Assembly (NCBI GenBank): GCA_944391565.1
Contig: CALXUB010000028.1
Coordinates: forward strand, 30,738-94,737
DNA: 64,000 bases
DNA from: an uncultured Alphaproteobacteria bacterium
GTDB lineage: Bacteria > Pseudomonadota > Alphaproteobacteria > CAAHEQ01 > UBA3637
Direction of reading: 5' to 3'
Made by a program: the position numbers and the translations under genes
In this document: piece after piece, positions 1-9,856 of the stretch
How positions within the stretch are numbered: position 1 is the first letter of the stretch
How the letters are laid out: every line of letters begins with the position of its first letter
Notes under the pieces: model-generated
What the model was told of the DNA's origin: nothing
What the model saw: the letters and a program-made list of their open reading frames with translations, nothing else
Database searches by the model: none

Positions 1-360
1 CATCATTGTGTGCATACATATCATCGGTACTCATAAAAGAAATATATTTCCCGTGTGCTTTTAGAATGCCTTTGTTATAGGGATCGAAAAAACCGATATC
101 CGGTTCGGAATAACATTTTACCCAGCCTTTATCAACGTATTCCTGAATAAGGTCTAACGTGCCGTCAGTCGAGGCACCGTCAATAATAATATGTTCGATA
201 TTTGTATATGTTTGAGCATGAATGGAATTCATGCTTTCTTTAAAAAGTTCTGCGCGTCCGGCTTTTATAATGTTCAGAGTCGCCGTAACGACGGTCACTA
301 GGGGGGGGGGGGGCAAAGTTTGCTGTTATTCAGTCCAGATGTCTCTTTGACCGTTTTCAT
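1..360 (-). CDS. GT2 glycosyltransferase, 5' part (continues beyond window start). ATG at 360-358 is followed by a 13-G (coding poly-C) tract; currently frame-shifted OFF, terminating after 20 codons.
   Basis: Minus-strand translation gives MKTVKETSGLNNSKLCPPPP* with 13 C; with 14 or 11 C it continues LVTVVTATLNIIKAGRAELFKESMNSIHAQTYTNIEHIIIDGASTDGT..., matching the N-termini of the paralogous GT2 genes at 684-1736 and 8886-9719. RBS AAGGAG lies 6 nt upstream of the ATG. Confidence 0.7.
301..313. repeat. Homopolymeric G13 tract (slipped-strand phase-variation switch) inside the 5' coding region of the GT2 gene
   Basis: 13 consecutive G read directly at 301-313, preceded by CACTA. Confidence 0.9.
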
Positions 361-691
361 TTTCTACTCCTTTGTCATACATCGCCAGCATTAGCGTTTC
401 TTCTAAATGTTTAAAGGTGTGTTTTACGCCTTTTTCTATGGCGAAGAAACTGTTTTCCGTAACGATTAAGTTTTCTGTTTTTCCATCTTTTTCCAAAGTA
501 ATATCAATTTTTCCTTGGACAATGTAAAAAGCTTCGCGATTTTCACGATGCAAATGCCCACCGCGAAAAATATTTTTTTTGGTATAAGACAGATTGACCT
601 GGGTCCAACCTTCATGGCATAACTGCCGAAGCCAGCCTCTATCATCATCAAATTCGAAATCAGGTTTTAAAAAAGTAATCATATCAGACAT
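326..691 (-). CDS. Cupin-fold sugar 3,4-ketoisomerase (FdtA/WxcM-like)
   Basis: 121 aa with cupin motifs (GGHLHRE...); sits in a glycosylation cluster; its 3' end overlaps the start of the phase-variable GT2. Confidence 0.55.
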   Translation of the reverse strand: MSDMITFLKPDFEFDDDRGWLRQLCHEGWTQVNLSYTKKNIFRGGHLHRENREAFYIVQGKIDITLEKDGKTENLIVTENSFFAIEKGVKHTFKHLEETLMLAMYDKGVENENGQRDIWTE

Positions 692-1736
692 TTTCTTTCC
701 TTTTTATTTTCAATAGAGGTAATCCCAAGACATATACGCGCGTTGTCTTTCCTTTTATTTTTGTTCTCCACAAAGGGAAACGCCATAAATAGGCGGTAGA
801 TTGAGCTCTGTAAGTTTTCTTATCCAAGCTTTCATTTCCGGATGAGATCGTCGGATAGACAGGGTCGAAATGGAATGTTTTATGAGAAAAATACGCTTGC
901 AACCAAATATCTTTTTTCAATTTTAATCCCAAGTTTGTAAAAGCGGCTCCTTCTAATTTAAACCAAAAGTCGTTGTTGTATAAGACACCGCATTCTGCAG
1001 GTGTCATTCCCCATGTTTTTCCAAAAAGCTCATAGAATGCTTTTGTATGACTTTTACGAATGGATGCTGTCATTTCTCGCGAGCTGCCTTTTCCGTTTTC
1101 TTTAAAAATAGCTGTGACGGAAGGAACTTTTACAGATTTATGATTGCCGGCAATCAATCTCATCATTAACTCATTATCTGCATTCGTCAACTGATCATGA
1201 AATAACCCAAGCTTACGCAAAACATCCGTTTTCGCAAAAATAGTTTGATGGCATGGGAAATAGCCAAAGGGAATATAGTCTAACACTCCTTTCCATAAAA
1301 TAATGTCTCCGGTTTTTGGGTTGTGTCGCCAAGTATCGGCATATGACCAGTCCGCATTTTCTTTTTCAAGCAAATCGACGTTTTCTGCAATAACACTTTT
1401 ATGCGCGAACATATCATCCGTTCCCAAAAATACAATGTACTTACCGGTTGCCTTTTGTATTCCTTTGTTATAAGCATCGTAAATACCTTTATCTTTTTCA
1501 GAATAAATCTTTGTCCGTTTGTCCATTGATAAGTTCTTTAGTAAAGTCAGTGTCCCGTCATTGGATGCGCCATCGATGATGATATGTTCAATATTCGGAT
1601 AGGTTTGAATTTGAACAGAGTTCAAACATTCTTTCAACGATTCTTCCCTTTGAGCTGCAAGCAAATTGAACGTTGCCGTGACAACAGTCACTTTGGGAAG
1701 TTTGGTTTCATGTTTAAAACGTTCAATTTTTACCAT
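684..1736 (-). CDS. Family 2 glycosyltransferase
   Basis: N-terminal VTVVTATFN...IIIDGASNDGT...DDMF pattern typical of GT2 (DxD). Confidence 0.75.
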   Translation of the reverse strand: MVKIERFKHETKLPKVTVVTATFNLLAAQREESLKECLNSVQIQTYPNIEHIIIDGASNDGTLTLLKNLSMDKRTKIYSEKDKGIYDAYNKGIQKATGKYIVFLGTDDMFAHKSVIAENVDLLEKENADWSYADTWRHNPKTGDIILWKGVLDYIPFGYFPCHQTIFAKTDVLRKLGLFHDQLTNADNELMMRLIAGNHKSVKVPSVTAIFKENGKGSSREMTASIRKSHTKAFYELFGKTWGMTPAECGVLYNNDFWFKLEGAAFTNLGLKLKKDIWLQAYFSHKTFHFDPVYPTISSGNESLDKKTYRAQSTAYLWRFPLWRTKIKGKTTRVYVLGLPLLKIKRKENV

Positions 1737-1746
1737 TAGAAAACCA

Positions 1747-2811
1747 TTATTTCTTTTTTATTGACACAAGTGGAAAGCCAAACATCTTTAAATGCATTTT
1801 TGACGGGGTTTCTTTCTCTGTCTTTAACAAAGGGATACCCAGTAAATAAAAACGTGTATTGTTTAATTTACGTTTAAAACCAAAAAGCGGAACGAAGTTA
1901 AAAAAGTAGAATGTCGTTTTTGATTTACGTGTACGAATTCGCAACAAAGGGATAATACCGGCGATACGAATATTCACACGGCTTTCTGACCTTTCTCGAA
2001 TAACTTTTTCCGTTGCTGAACAAGTTGGAAAAAGGAACTTGAGTGCGTAAGTGGTCAGCGCTTTTTTCTGAGGATAGTAAACAAAAAGATCTTTACATTT
2101 TGATGCCAATAAATCACACATGCCGCTGCGCAATGCATGCACTTGCCCGCAATGAAAACCCAAAGCAATCAGCTCTTCAATCGTTAAATCAATATTCGGA
2201 ACATCGGGTATCAAAAAAGATGGATTCAAAACATTTTGAATAACAACGAAGTTTTGCTTTGTCAGCATTTCAGCCGTTCTTTTCCAAAAGCTTACAGAAA
2301 GAGGAGCCAAAGAACTGGCCTCTGGCAATAAAAGAGCAATTTGTTTTAACGGAAAAGAGGTTATTGCTTTTAACTTCGTCTTAAGTTCTTTGGAAACAGT
2401 CGGCATTTGAATCGGTTCGAGCAATGGAGAGTCCTGCGGAATATCCAAAAACGTGGTATAATAAGTTCTGAAATCAAGCTCTCCATTTAACAAAGCAAAA
2501 TGCATATCCTTAAAGGCTGAATGATAGTAGGGATGGGCAACGTATATTTTACCTTTTTCCGGTCCTTTATCTGTCGGAAGCGTTAATGCATCACAGTCAA
2601 CATTTTTCAAAGATATGACTGTATAGTCATGAATTCCATACATCTTCATAATCAGTTCATGACTGGCTTTTATCAAAAAATGAATTTTTCCGCCGTGCTT
2701 TTTCTCCCAAGTCTTTTTAAAACCAGATAAAATCATGGTATCTCCCAAGCCGAAAGGAGATAAAAAATAATACCTGTCTCTTTTTAGTTTAAGAGCGTTG
2801 ATTTCCTGCAT
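1747..2811 (-). CDS. Glycosyltransferase-like protein with a repeated basic/amphipathic C-terminal motif (likely start at MQEINALK)
   Basis: Long ORF in the glycosylation cluster; C-terminus carries about four copies of xFYxxGxPLLKxKxK, a motif shared with the C-terminus of the adjacent GT2. Confidence 0.4.
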   Translation of the reverse strand: MQEINALKLKRDRYYFLSPFGLGDTMILSGFKKTWEKKHGGKIHFLIKASHELIMKMYGIHDYTVISLKNVDCDALTLPTDKGPEKGKIYVAHPYYHSAFKDMHFALLNGELDFRTYYTTFLDIPQDSPLLEPIQMPTVSKELKTKLKAITSFPLKQIALLLPEASSLAPLSVSFWKRTAEMLTKQNFVVIQNVLNPSFLIPDVPNIDLTIEELIALGFHCGQVHALRSGMCDLLASKCKDLFVYYPQKKALTTYALKFLFPTCSATEKVIRERSESRVNIRIAGIIPLLRIRTRKSKTTFYFFNFVPLFGFKRKLNNTRFYLLGIPLLKTEKETPSKMHLKMFGFPLVSIKKK

Positions 2812-2822
2812 TGTATCAGTCC

Positions 2823-4046
2823 TTAAAGCTTTTTCACAAACTGGATGGCTTCGAACATGGAAACATCCGCATTTTGATATTGCCACTGACCCCAACGACC
2901 GACACCGAACAAATGTTTGTCACGATAGTAATCCAAAACATTCTTAATTGCTCCGGCATGGCCGATAACTGGAATGGGGTAGGCTGCTTGTGTTTCAAAG
3001 TGAGCCAGAGCTTTTGTGCCCATAATCGGGTCGTCTCCATTGAAACGTTTTATATTTGTTTCCAGATAGATACCATTTTTCTTACTGTCAAATGCAAAGT
3101 TAGAAATATAAAATTCACGATGATACCGGCGATTGATATCCGGAACATAACGCCAATGCCAGTTAACGTTATACTCTTTTTCATACAAAGAAACGACAAT
3201 TCTGTTATATTGCATTTTAGCAAAATCATCTTTTAAAGCAGAAGGTTCGCCTAATGCTTTGAACAAATCAGGCCAGGGCGCCGTATTGATGACATTTTTT
3301 GCTTGATAGGTGTCATTAATGAGCCAGGAACCATCAGCCTGATATTGCATTTTCGTCACGGGTGTATTCAACACGACATTTTGAGCTTCATCTTTGTAAA
3401 TAGCGTCAAAAATCGCTTGGAAACCTCCTTGTTTCGGATAATAGAAACCAATGTGTGCCGGGAACTTTGTCACATCTTGTTTACGATCCAAACTATACTT
3501 TAAAACTTCTTCCACATTGACACGCGGGATTTTATACAGCCAATCCACATCCATTTCAGCTGGTGTGACACCCCATAATTTCGTATTGTAGGGTATCATA
3601 TAAGTATCACAGATTTTATCGCCTAATTTCCAGCGAATCCATTCTTCGTAATTTTTGGGTTCCGGTTTGCCCAAAGATTCCCCATTGCGAATAACAGAAA
3701 TTAAATAAGCGATTTGTTCATCCTGTGGCAGCTGCCATAAGTTGGATTCAATCGGATAATCAATTGTTGTTTCACCGATCAGCTGTTTTGAAACACGAGG
3801 AATAAAGTTAAAATGACTTTCGGGAATATGGCTGAAAATATAGTCATACACTTCTTGATGCTTTGTACCAAAAAAATGTCCGCCGCCAATATCCAACACA
3901 TGTCCGTCAATGATCTTTGTCGTGCAAAGCCCGCCGGCTTCTTTGGCTGCCTCTAAAACAACAACATTGTGAATTCCTTTTTCTTTCAGCTTTTTACATA
4001 ATGTGACACCAGTCACGCCGGCGCCGATAATGAGATAGTCATACAT
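2823..4046 (-). CDS. glf: UDP-galactopyranose mutase
   Basis: N-terminal FAD-binding MYDYLIIGAGVTG motif; length and conserved blocks match Glf. Confidence 0.7.
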   Translation of the reverse strand: MYDYLIIGAGVTGVTLCKKLKEKGIHNVVVLEAAKEAGGLCTTKIIDGHVLDIGGGHFFGTKHQEVYDYIFSHIPESHFNFIPRVSKQLIGETTIDYPIESNLWQLPQDEQIAYLISVIRNGESLGKPEPKNYEEWIRWKLGDKICDTYMIPYNTKLWGVTPAEMDVDWLYKIPRVNVEEVLKYSLDRKQDVTKFPAHIGFYYPKQGGFQAIFDAIYKDEAQNVVLNTPVTKMQYQADGSWLINDTYQAKNVINTAPWPDLFKALGEPSALKDDFAKMQYNRIVVSLYEKEYNVNWHWRYVPDINRRYHREFYISNFAFDSKKNGIYLETNIKRFNGDDPIMGTKALAHFETQAAYPIPVIGHAGAIKNVLDYYRDKHLFGVGRWGQWQYQNADVSMFEAIQFVKKL

Positions 4047-4058
4047 TCCCGTTTTCCT

Positions 4059-5117
4059 TTATAAAGATTGATACCATCGATAAAAGGCCGCAATTCCTTC
4101 TTCCAAAGAAATTTTCGGTTCCCAACCCAAAGCTTTGATCCGCGTTGCATCCATCATTTTTCTCGGAGTACCGTTCGGTTTTGTGTTGTCATACTCTATT
4201 TTACCTTGATAGCCGGTCAGACGTTTTGTTAATTCAAATAAATCTTTTAATTGAATGTCGTCTCCTTTGGTAATATTGACAAACTCACCGATTTCATCAT
4301 AATCCTTGTTATTCATCAGATAAATACAGGCGTCGGCCAAATCATCCGAACACATCATTTCACGATATACAGATCCATCTCCCCACATAACAACTTTGTC
4401 AGGATAGACACCGACTTTTTCCAACGCTTTTAGTAAGCTTTCCCGATCATCAAAAAGAAGCTGTTCATCTAAACCCCATCCTAACTTATATCTTTTTAAA
4501 TCAGTCTCGATGGCGTTCCAGTCATCATTCATCAATAATTTTGCCAAGTGAAAACGGCGCATGATAACCGGCAGTAGATGTCCGGTCTCCATATTAAAGT
4601 TATCACCTTGGCCGTATTGATTGGTGGGCATTACGGAGATAAAATTAGTTCCGTATTGTTTATTATAATACTGACAAAGCTTGATCGCTGAGATTTTTGC
4701 CAAGGCATAGGCTTCGTTGGTTTTTTCCAACTCACCGGTTAACAAAGCCTCTTCCTTCATTGGTTGAGGAGCCATACGGGGGTAGATGCAAGAAGAGCCT
4801 AAATTCAACAGTTTTTTGACACCGGTTTTATATGCGCTGTCAATCACGTTGCAGGCAATCATCAAATTTTGATAAATAAACTCGGCGGGATAGGTTGAAT
4901 TCGCCATAATGCCGCCAACTTTTGCGGCAGCCAGGATGACATAGTCCGGTTTTTCCTGTTCAAAAAAAGCCAGTGTTTGTGCTTGATTTGTCAGGTCTAA
5001 TTCAGCAAATGTCCGTGTAATGATATGATTAAATCCGGCGTTCTTTAAACCGCGATAAATCGCAGAACCGACTAATCCTGTATGTCCGGCAAGATAGATT
5101 TTTGCATCTTTTTCCAT
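4059..5117 (-). CDS. fcl: GDP-L-fucose synthase (GDP-4-keto-6-deoxymannose epimerase/reductase)
   Basis: SDR-fold with N-terminal GHTGLVGSA Rossmann motif; located downstream of gmd. Confidence 0.7.
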   Translation of the reverse strand: MEKDAKIYLAGHTGLVGSAIYRGLKNAGFNHIITRTFAELDLTNQAQTLAFFEQEKPDYVILAAAKVGGIMANSTYPAEFIYQNLMIACNVIDSAYKTGVKKLLNLGSSCIYPRMAPQPMKEEALLTGELEKTNEAYALAKISAIKLCQYYNKQYGTNFISVMPTNQYGQGDNFNMETGHLLPVIMRRFHLAKLLMNDDWNAIETDLKRYKLGWGLDEQLLFDDRESLLKALEKVGVYPDKVVMWGDGSVYREMMCSDDLADACIYLMNNKDYDEIGEFVNITKGDDIQLKDLFELTKRLTGYQGKIEYDNTKPNGTPRKMMDATRIKALGWEPKISLEEGIAAFYRWYQSL

Positions 5118-5123
5118 TTTTAT

Positions 5124-6218
5124 TTAAACCTCCTGTGGAATCAGAACCTTATATCCGTTTCCGGTCAAGAATTTTTCACGCATGGCTTCGCTCATGTCTG
5201 ATTCGACCATATCCTTTACCAACTCTTGTAAAGAATGTTCTGCTTTCCATCCCAGTTTCTGTTGAGCTTTACTCGGATCACCTAAAAGCAAGTCCACTTC
5301 AGCTGGACGGAAATACTTGGGATCGACTTCAATTAAGACTTTTCCTGTTTCAGCATCAATTCCTTTTTCATTGACGCCTTCACCTTCCCATTTTAACTGA
5401 TAACCTAACTCTTTAAAGACTAAATTACAAAAATCACGAATAGTCGTTGTTTGTCCGGTTGCCAAAACAAAATCTTCCGGTTTTTCTTGCTGCAGCATCA
5501 ACCACATGCCTTTTACATAATCTTTTGCATGTCCCCAATCCCGTTTGGAAGAAAGATTCCCTAAATACAGTTTGTCCTGCATACCCAAACGAATGCGAAC
5601 GGCGGCACGTGTGATTTTACGTGTGACAAATGTTTCACCGCGGCGCGGGCTTTCGTGGTTGAACAGAATGCCGTTGCAGGCATAAATGCCATAACTTTCA
5701 CGATAATTGACCGTAATCCAATAAGCATATAGCTTTGCGCAACCATAAGGGGACCGCGGATAAAAAGGTGTTGTTTCTTTTTGAGGCGTTTCTTGGACAA
5801 GGCCGAAAAGTTCAGATGTCGAAGCCTGATAGAATTTTGTTTTCTTTTCCAATCCCAGGATACGAATCGCCTCTAAGAAGCGTAAAGTGCCGATACCATC
5901 GGCATTGGCGGTATATTCAGGCACGTCAAAAGAAACCTTAACATGAGATTGTGCCGCTAAATTGTAAATCTCATCCGGTTGGATTTCCTGCAACAAGCGA
6001 ATAATGTTGCTGGTATCCGTCAAGTCAGCATAGTGAAGAAAGAAATGACGGTTTTCATTATGTGTGTCCTGATATAAATGATCAATACGGGCAGAGTTAA
6101 AAGAAGAAGCGCGTCTTTTCATGCCATGAACTTCATATCCTTTTTCTAACAATAATTCAGCTAAGTAAGAACCATCTTGCCCAGTGACGCCGGTAATTAA
6201 AGCTATTTTTTTAGTCAT
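5124..6218 (-). CDS. gmd: GDP-mannose 4,6-dehydratase (ORF track extends to 6254; likely start [10 protein letters not shown] at 6218)
   Basis: [19 protein letters not shown]... and conserved Gmd blocks. Confidence 0.8.
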   Translation of the reverse strand: MTKKIALITGVTGQDGSYLAELLLEKGYEVHGMKRRASSFNSARIDHLYQDTHNENRHFFLHYADLTDTSNIIRLLQEIQPDEIYNLAAQSHVKVSFDVPEYTANADGIGTLRFLEAIRILGLEKKTKFYQASTSELFGLVQETPQKETTPFYPRSPYGCAKLYAYWITVNYRESYGIYACNGILFNHESPRRGETFVTRKITRAAVRIRLGMQDKLYLGNLSSKRDWGHAKDYVKGMWLMLQQEKPEDFVLATGQTTTIRDFCNLVFKELGYQLKWEGEGVNEKGIDAETGKVLIEVDPKYFRPAEVDLLLGDPSKAQQKLGWKAEHSLQELVKDMVESDMSEAMREKFLTGNGYKVLIPQEV

Positions 6219-6226
6219 TGTTTGTC

Positions 6227-6658
6227 CTATTTTTTCCAGTTGTTTAAAATCCACGAAGAGGAGTTCATTTTATTTTCTCCTCCGACACCGAAACGCATTT
6301 CAACTTGACACGTTTGGCACATCTCAATTTCCGGGATGTTTTCTTTTGTTCGATCTCCGCCATTGGCGAAAACCAACCGATCATTCGGATACTTTTGGCG
6401 CACGCGGCGAATGCCGTCATTTGCTGAATTGTCTGAATCATCGAAACAGATAACATCAACGACGCCTTTAATATTTTCACAAATGGTTTGTCGGGTTTTT
6501 TGACTCATAAAATTTTTCCCTTTTTTACGACATAGCCACTCATCCGAATTAAGTAATAAAATAACACCGTCCGATTCTTTTTGGGAAGCCTTGATCATCT
6601 CGATATGGCCTTCATGAATGGGGTCAAAGCCGCCACTGACAATATAATAAGTTTTCAT
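6227..6658 (-). CDS. Cytidylyltransferase-like nucleotidyltransferase (glycerol-3-P cytidylyltransferase / RfaE domain II-like)
   Basis: [10 protein letters not shown] (HxGH) nucleotidyltransferase motif near the N-terminus. Confidence 0.55.
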   Translation of the reverse strand: MKTYYIVSGGFDPIHEGHIEMIKASQKESDGVILLLNSDEWLCRKKGKNFMSQKTRQTICENIKGVVDVICFDDSDNSANDGIRRVRQKYPNDRLVFANGGDRTKENIPEIEMCQTCQVEMRFGVGGENKMNSSSWILNNWKK

Positions 6659-6794
6659 TGTAATCTCTTCTTAAGTTGAACGATGGAAGGCATTATAATC
6701 TATAAAAAACGAAAAGCAAGAGAAAAAATGTTTTTAACTTCAGCTTTTTATTCAGTTTTATTTTGGAACATAAATAGTGATAAAAAACGTCAAG

Positions 6795-7652
6795 TTATTT
6801 TTCAGACAGATGCCAACCTTTCTTCTTCGAATAAAAAATAATCTTATCTGTGTGAGTATATTTGTACTTTTCTTTTTTTCGCCAAAGATGTCGTTGGCGC
6901 CAGAAGTAAAAACGTTTTCTTAGAGAGTTTGTTTCGCTTCCGCTGAGTATCTCCATTTCTTTTCGATATTGATTTATTCTTTCGGATAACTGACCCGGTC
7001 TTGTTCGTGCTGCCGCCAGGAAGGTGTCAGCAATATAAAGAGATGTTTTATGAGCAAAAAACCACCACAAATAAAAATCTCCGGCCAATTTAAAAGAGGC
7101 AAATTGTTTATAATCAAAGTCATTCATTAACGAACGTCGCCAAAATGTTGTTTCTTGTTGAATAAAGGGAAGCTGTCGGCCGTAATATCCATTTAAAATC
7201 CCTTTGTTATCATATTCAAATGGTAATCGGTTGAAAACAATGTTTCCTTTTTCGTCGGTGGTACATTGTCGTCCGCAGAGCCATAAAACTTGTGGATATT
7301 TTTTAAAAATAGAAGCGACGAATTCAAAAGCATGTGGAAAATAAAAGTCATCTGCGTTCAGATATGCGATGATTTCTCCGGTAGCCATTTGAAAACCTTT
7401 TGTAATTCCTTCATACATGCCGTTATCTTTTTCGGATATGACTTTCATTTCAATGGAAGGATTTTCGCCATAACAGCCATGTTTTAGACGTTCTTCATGG
7501 GCCGAAATAATACGAAGGCTGTTATCTTCGGAGGCAGCGTCAATAATAATATACTCCAGTTCGAAGGAACCTTTTTGAGATAAAACACTTTCCAATGTTT
7601 CAGCAATATATTTCTCACAGTTAAAACAAGTTGTAATAATTGAAATTTTCAT
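6795..7652 (-). CDS. Family 2 glycosyltransferase
   Basis: MKISIITTCFN...IIIDAASEDNS...DDFY GT2 pattern. Confidence 0.7.
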   Translation of the reverse strand: MKISIITTCFNCEKYIAETLESVLSQKGSFELEYIIIDAASEDNSLRIISAHEERLKHGCYGENPSIEMKVISEKDNGMYEGITKGFQMATGEIIAYLNADDFYFPHAFEFVASIFKKYPQVLWLCGRQCTTDEKGNIVFNRLPFEYDNKGILNGYYGRQLPFIQQETTFWRRSLMNDFDYKQFASFKLAGDFYLWWFFAHKTSLYIADTFLAAARTRPGQLSERINQYRKEMEILSGSETNSLRKRFYFWRQRHLWRKKEKYKYTHTDKIIFYSKKKGWHLSEK

Positions 7653-7686
7653 CTTTATATAGAATCTTTTATTTTTTTAACCACTT

Positions 7687-8886
7687 TTAGTTTAATAATT
7701 TTTGAAGTAAAGTAAAGCTGTTTTTAGAAAAATTTTCGCGAGAGTAGCGTTTTGTAAAATAATGTTGCAAGAAACGAATATCGTTTTCAACTTCCTTCAT
7801 GTCTTTTTGAAAAAATATTTTCAGAGTTGCTTCGATTTCATCAATGGAACAATTTTCCAAATATATTCCTTTCCCTTTTGGCAAATCAACGCCGGCATCG
7901 TGGCTGATAATCGGATAAAGGCCGGCATTTAAAGCTGTAATGGCAGCCGTAGAGGTTGCTTCCGAAGCGGAAGCGTTGACAAAAGCAACGCATCGGGAAA
8001 GTATCTGTCGGAACAGATCGGAATCAGATGCGACAAGACCATAGCAATGAATATTTGGTGTATTGTGTATTTCCTGATAATATGCCTTTATAAAGTCTTT
8101 TTCAGAATATATTTTTCCTGCTATGTGCAGGTGCCATTCCGGGTGTTTGACAAAAACTTCCAAAAGACGATCTAATCCTTTTAAAATGACACCGGCACCA
8201 CCGAGCCAAAGAATCCCTCGGTCTTCAGATGGTGGAATAAAATGTTCTTTTTTGGCTGTGTGTGTTATATCAGATCCTGTCAGATCCAGTAAATGGATTT
8301 TAGGTTGCAGTGATTTCGGATATGTTTCGAGAGTATGTTTGTTTCCGACTAAAACTGCGCCATCGGCAGCTTTCAGAGAGTCCAAAAGAGCCTGCGGATT
8401 TTTGATAAGACGTTTGGGATGACAATGAACATTTCGACGTTTGTTAAGGGCTTCACAACGTTCGGTTTCTCTTTGATTTTGATAAAAAGGGTCGCTTGAC
8501 GTCAAATACTGAATTTTAATACAGGTCGATGGTAAATTCCAAAAATGAAAATGCGAACCCGAATCGATGACGGCATAATAGTTTTTTTGCGGTTTAAAAA
8601 AAGGATTTTGATAAAAAACGACATCAACATTATAACCCAGCTTCAGCAATGATTGGACGAGTTCTTTGTTTTCCCATCGATTGGAATGATATTGAAAAAG
8701 TTTTTGTTTTCGAGGTTCTGAAGCCCAATCGAACAAATAAGAGACAAGCACCCATGGCGCTTCCGTCCGACTGATAAAAGAAATGACGCTTTTGTTCAAA
8801 AGATAGGTCAAATAGAGTTTTGCTTTTCGACGTGTTTTTTTGTGAGGAATAAGGCAGGTGAAAGCTTTTATCAGAGCTTTTTTCAT
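7687..8886 (-). CDS. Glycosyltransferase (GT1/GT4-like) or polysaccharide polymerase-associated protein
   Basis: 399 aa in the glycosylation cluster; family assignment is tentative. Confidence 0.35.
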   Translation of the reverse strand: MKKALIKAFTCLIPHKKTRRKAKLYLTYLLNKSVISFISRTEAPWVLVSYLFDWASEPRKQKLFQYHSNRWENKELVQSLLKLGYNVDVVFYQNPFFKPQKNYYAVIDSGSHFHFWNLPSTCIKIQYLTSSDPFYQNQRETERCEALNKRRNVHCHPKRLIKNPQALLDSLKAADGAVLVGNKHTLETYPKSLQPKIHLLDLTGSDITHTAKKEHFIPPSEDRGILWLGGAGVILKGLDRLLEVFVKHPEWHLHIAGKIYSEKDFIKAYYQEIHNTPNIHCYGLVASDSDLFRQILSRCVAFVNASASEATSTAAITALNAGLYPIISHDAGVDLPKGKGIYLENCSIDEIEATLKIFFQKDMKEVENDIRFLQHYFTKRYSRENFSKNSFTLLQKLLN

Positions 8887-9719
8887 CAGATTTTCCCGAA
8901 AAGTTTTCTTTTAAGTGAGTTTAAACCAATCCACAGGCAAGACCTTTTAATTTCAGGTGAGGGACATTGATAAAGTGCTTTAAGCAACTTAAATGGAAAA
9001 ATATAAGTCTGCGCCATTTTTTCAAAATCAGCCGTTGGACAAAATTCGGCATAATTTTTGCGATAAAGATAAATTTTCTCCGAAGGATGCTGCTTTTCGT
9101 TTTGATCTGTCGCCCCGCCTCTGCGGAAAGTTGCCAATGTTTTATTTACCATTGTACCGCGATAATTGTGTAAATATAATCGTAAAATAAAATCATAATC
9201 TCCCATTAGTCTGAAATTCGTATCAAATCCGCCGATTTTTTGAAAAACGTCTTTAATCACGAACATTCCGGGGTGCGGAAAAGGCATATTTCTGAGCAGA
9301 CGGCCTAATTTTATTTTACCGACTTTTTGCATCTTTTTCTTTTCATCTAAATTGATGATGGGCGCATAAGAAAAATCATAGCCTTTGGATAAAGCTTTAA
9401 CAGAAAGTTCTATGGCTTTCGGGTTATGAAAGAAATCGTCCGAGTTTAAGAAAGTGACAATGCTGCCACAGCACAATTTCACTCCTTTGTTCATGGCGTC
9501 ATAGATGCCTTTATCTGGTTCTGAAACATATTTGATCCATCCTTTTTGGGCGTATTTTTTTAAAAGGTCGACTGTTCCGTCCGTTGAGCCGCCGTCGATA
9601 ATGATATGCTCAATATCCGAATATGTTTGGTGATGCACAGATTCCAGCGTTTGAAGAAAGGTTTTGTTTCGTTTCGCTTGAAATAAATTAAAAACCACAG
9701 TAATCACTGAAACTTTCAT
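8886..9719 (-). CDS. Family 2 glycosyltransferase
   Basis: MKVSVITVVFN...IIIDGGSTDGT...SDDFF. Confidence 0.75.
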   Translation of the reverse strand: MKVSVITVVFNLFQAKRNKTFLQTLESVHHQTYSDIEHIIIDGGSTDGTVDLLKKYAQKGWIKYVSEPDKGIYDAMNKGVKLCCGSIVTFLNSDDFFHNPKAIELSVKALSKGYDFSYAPIINLDEKKKMQKVGKIKLGRLLRNMPFPHPGMFVIKDVFQKIGGFDTNFRLMGDYDFILRLYLHNYRGTMVNKTLATFRRGGATDQNEKQHPSEKIYLYRKNYAEFCPTADFEKMAQTYIFPFKLLKALYQCPSPEIKRSCLWIGLNSLKRKLFGKI

Positions 9720-9856
9720 CTGTCTGTTCCTTTTTAAATCATTTTCTCTAAGATAAGAAAAAACAAGTTAAAAGTAAAGTTGTATTTAAAGGGGAAAGAT
9801 TTTGACTTTCTCTTTTAAAAAGTGTAAAATATGTTTATTTAAGAGAGGAAAATAAA

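Noticed and set aside
2811-3236. 141-aa + strand ORF (and similar antisense ORFs at 2043-2243, 4251-4433, 5735-5941, 33699-34394, 53418-54095 and others)
   Set aside because: They lie entirely antisense within well-supported genes (glf, P-type ATPase, lon and so on) and have low-complexity translations.
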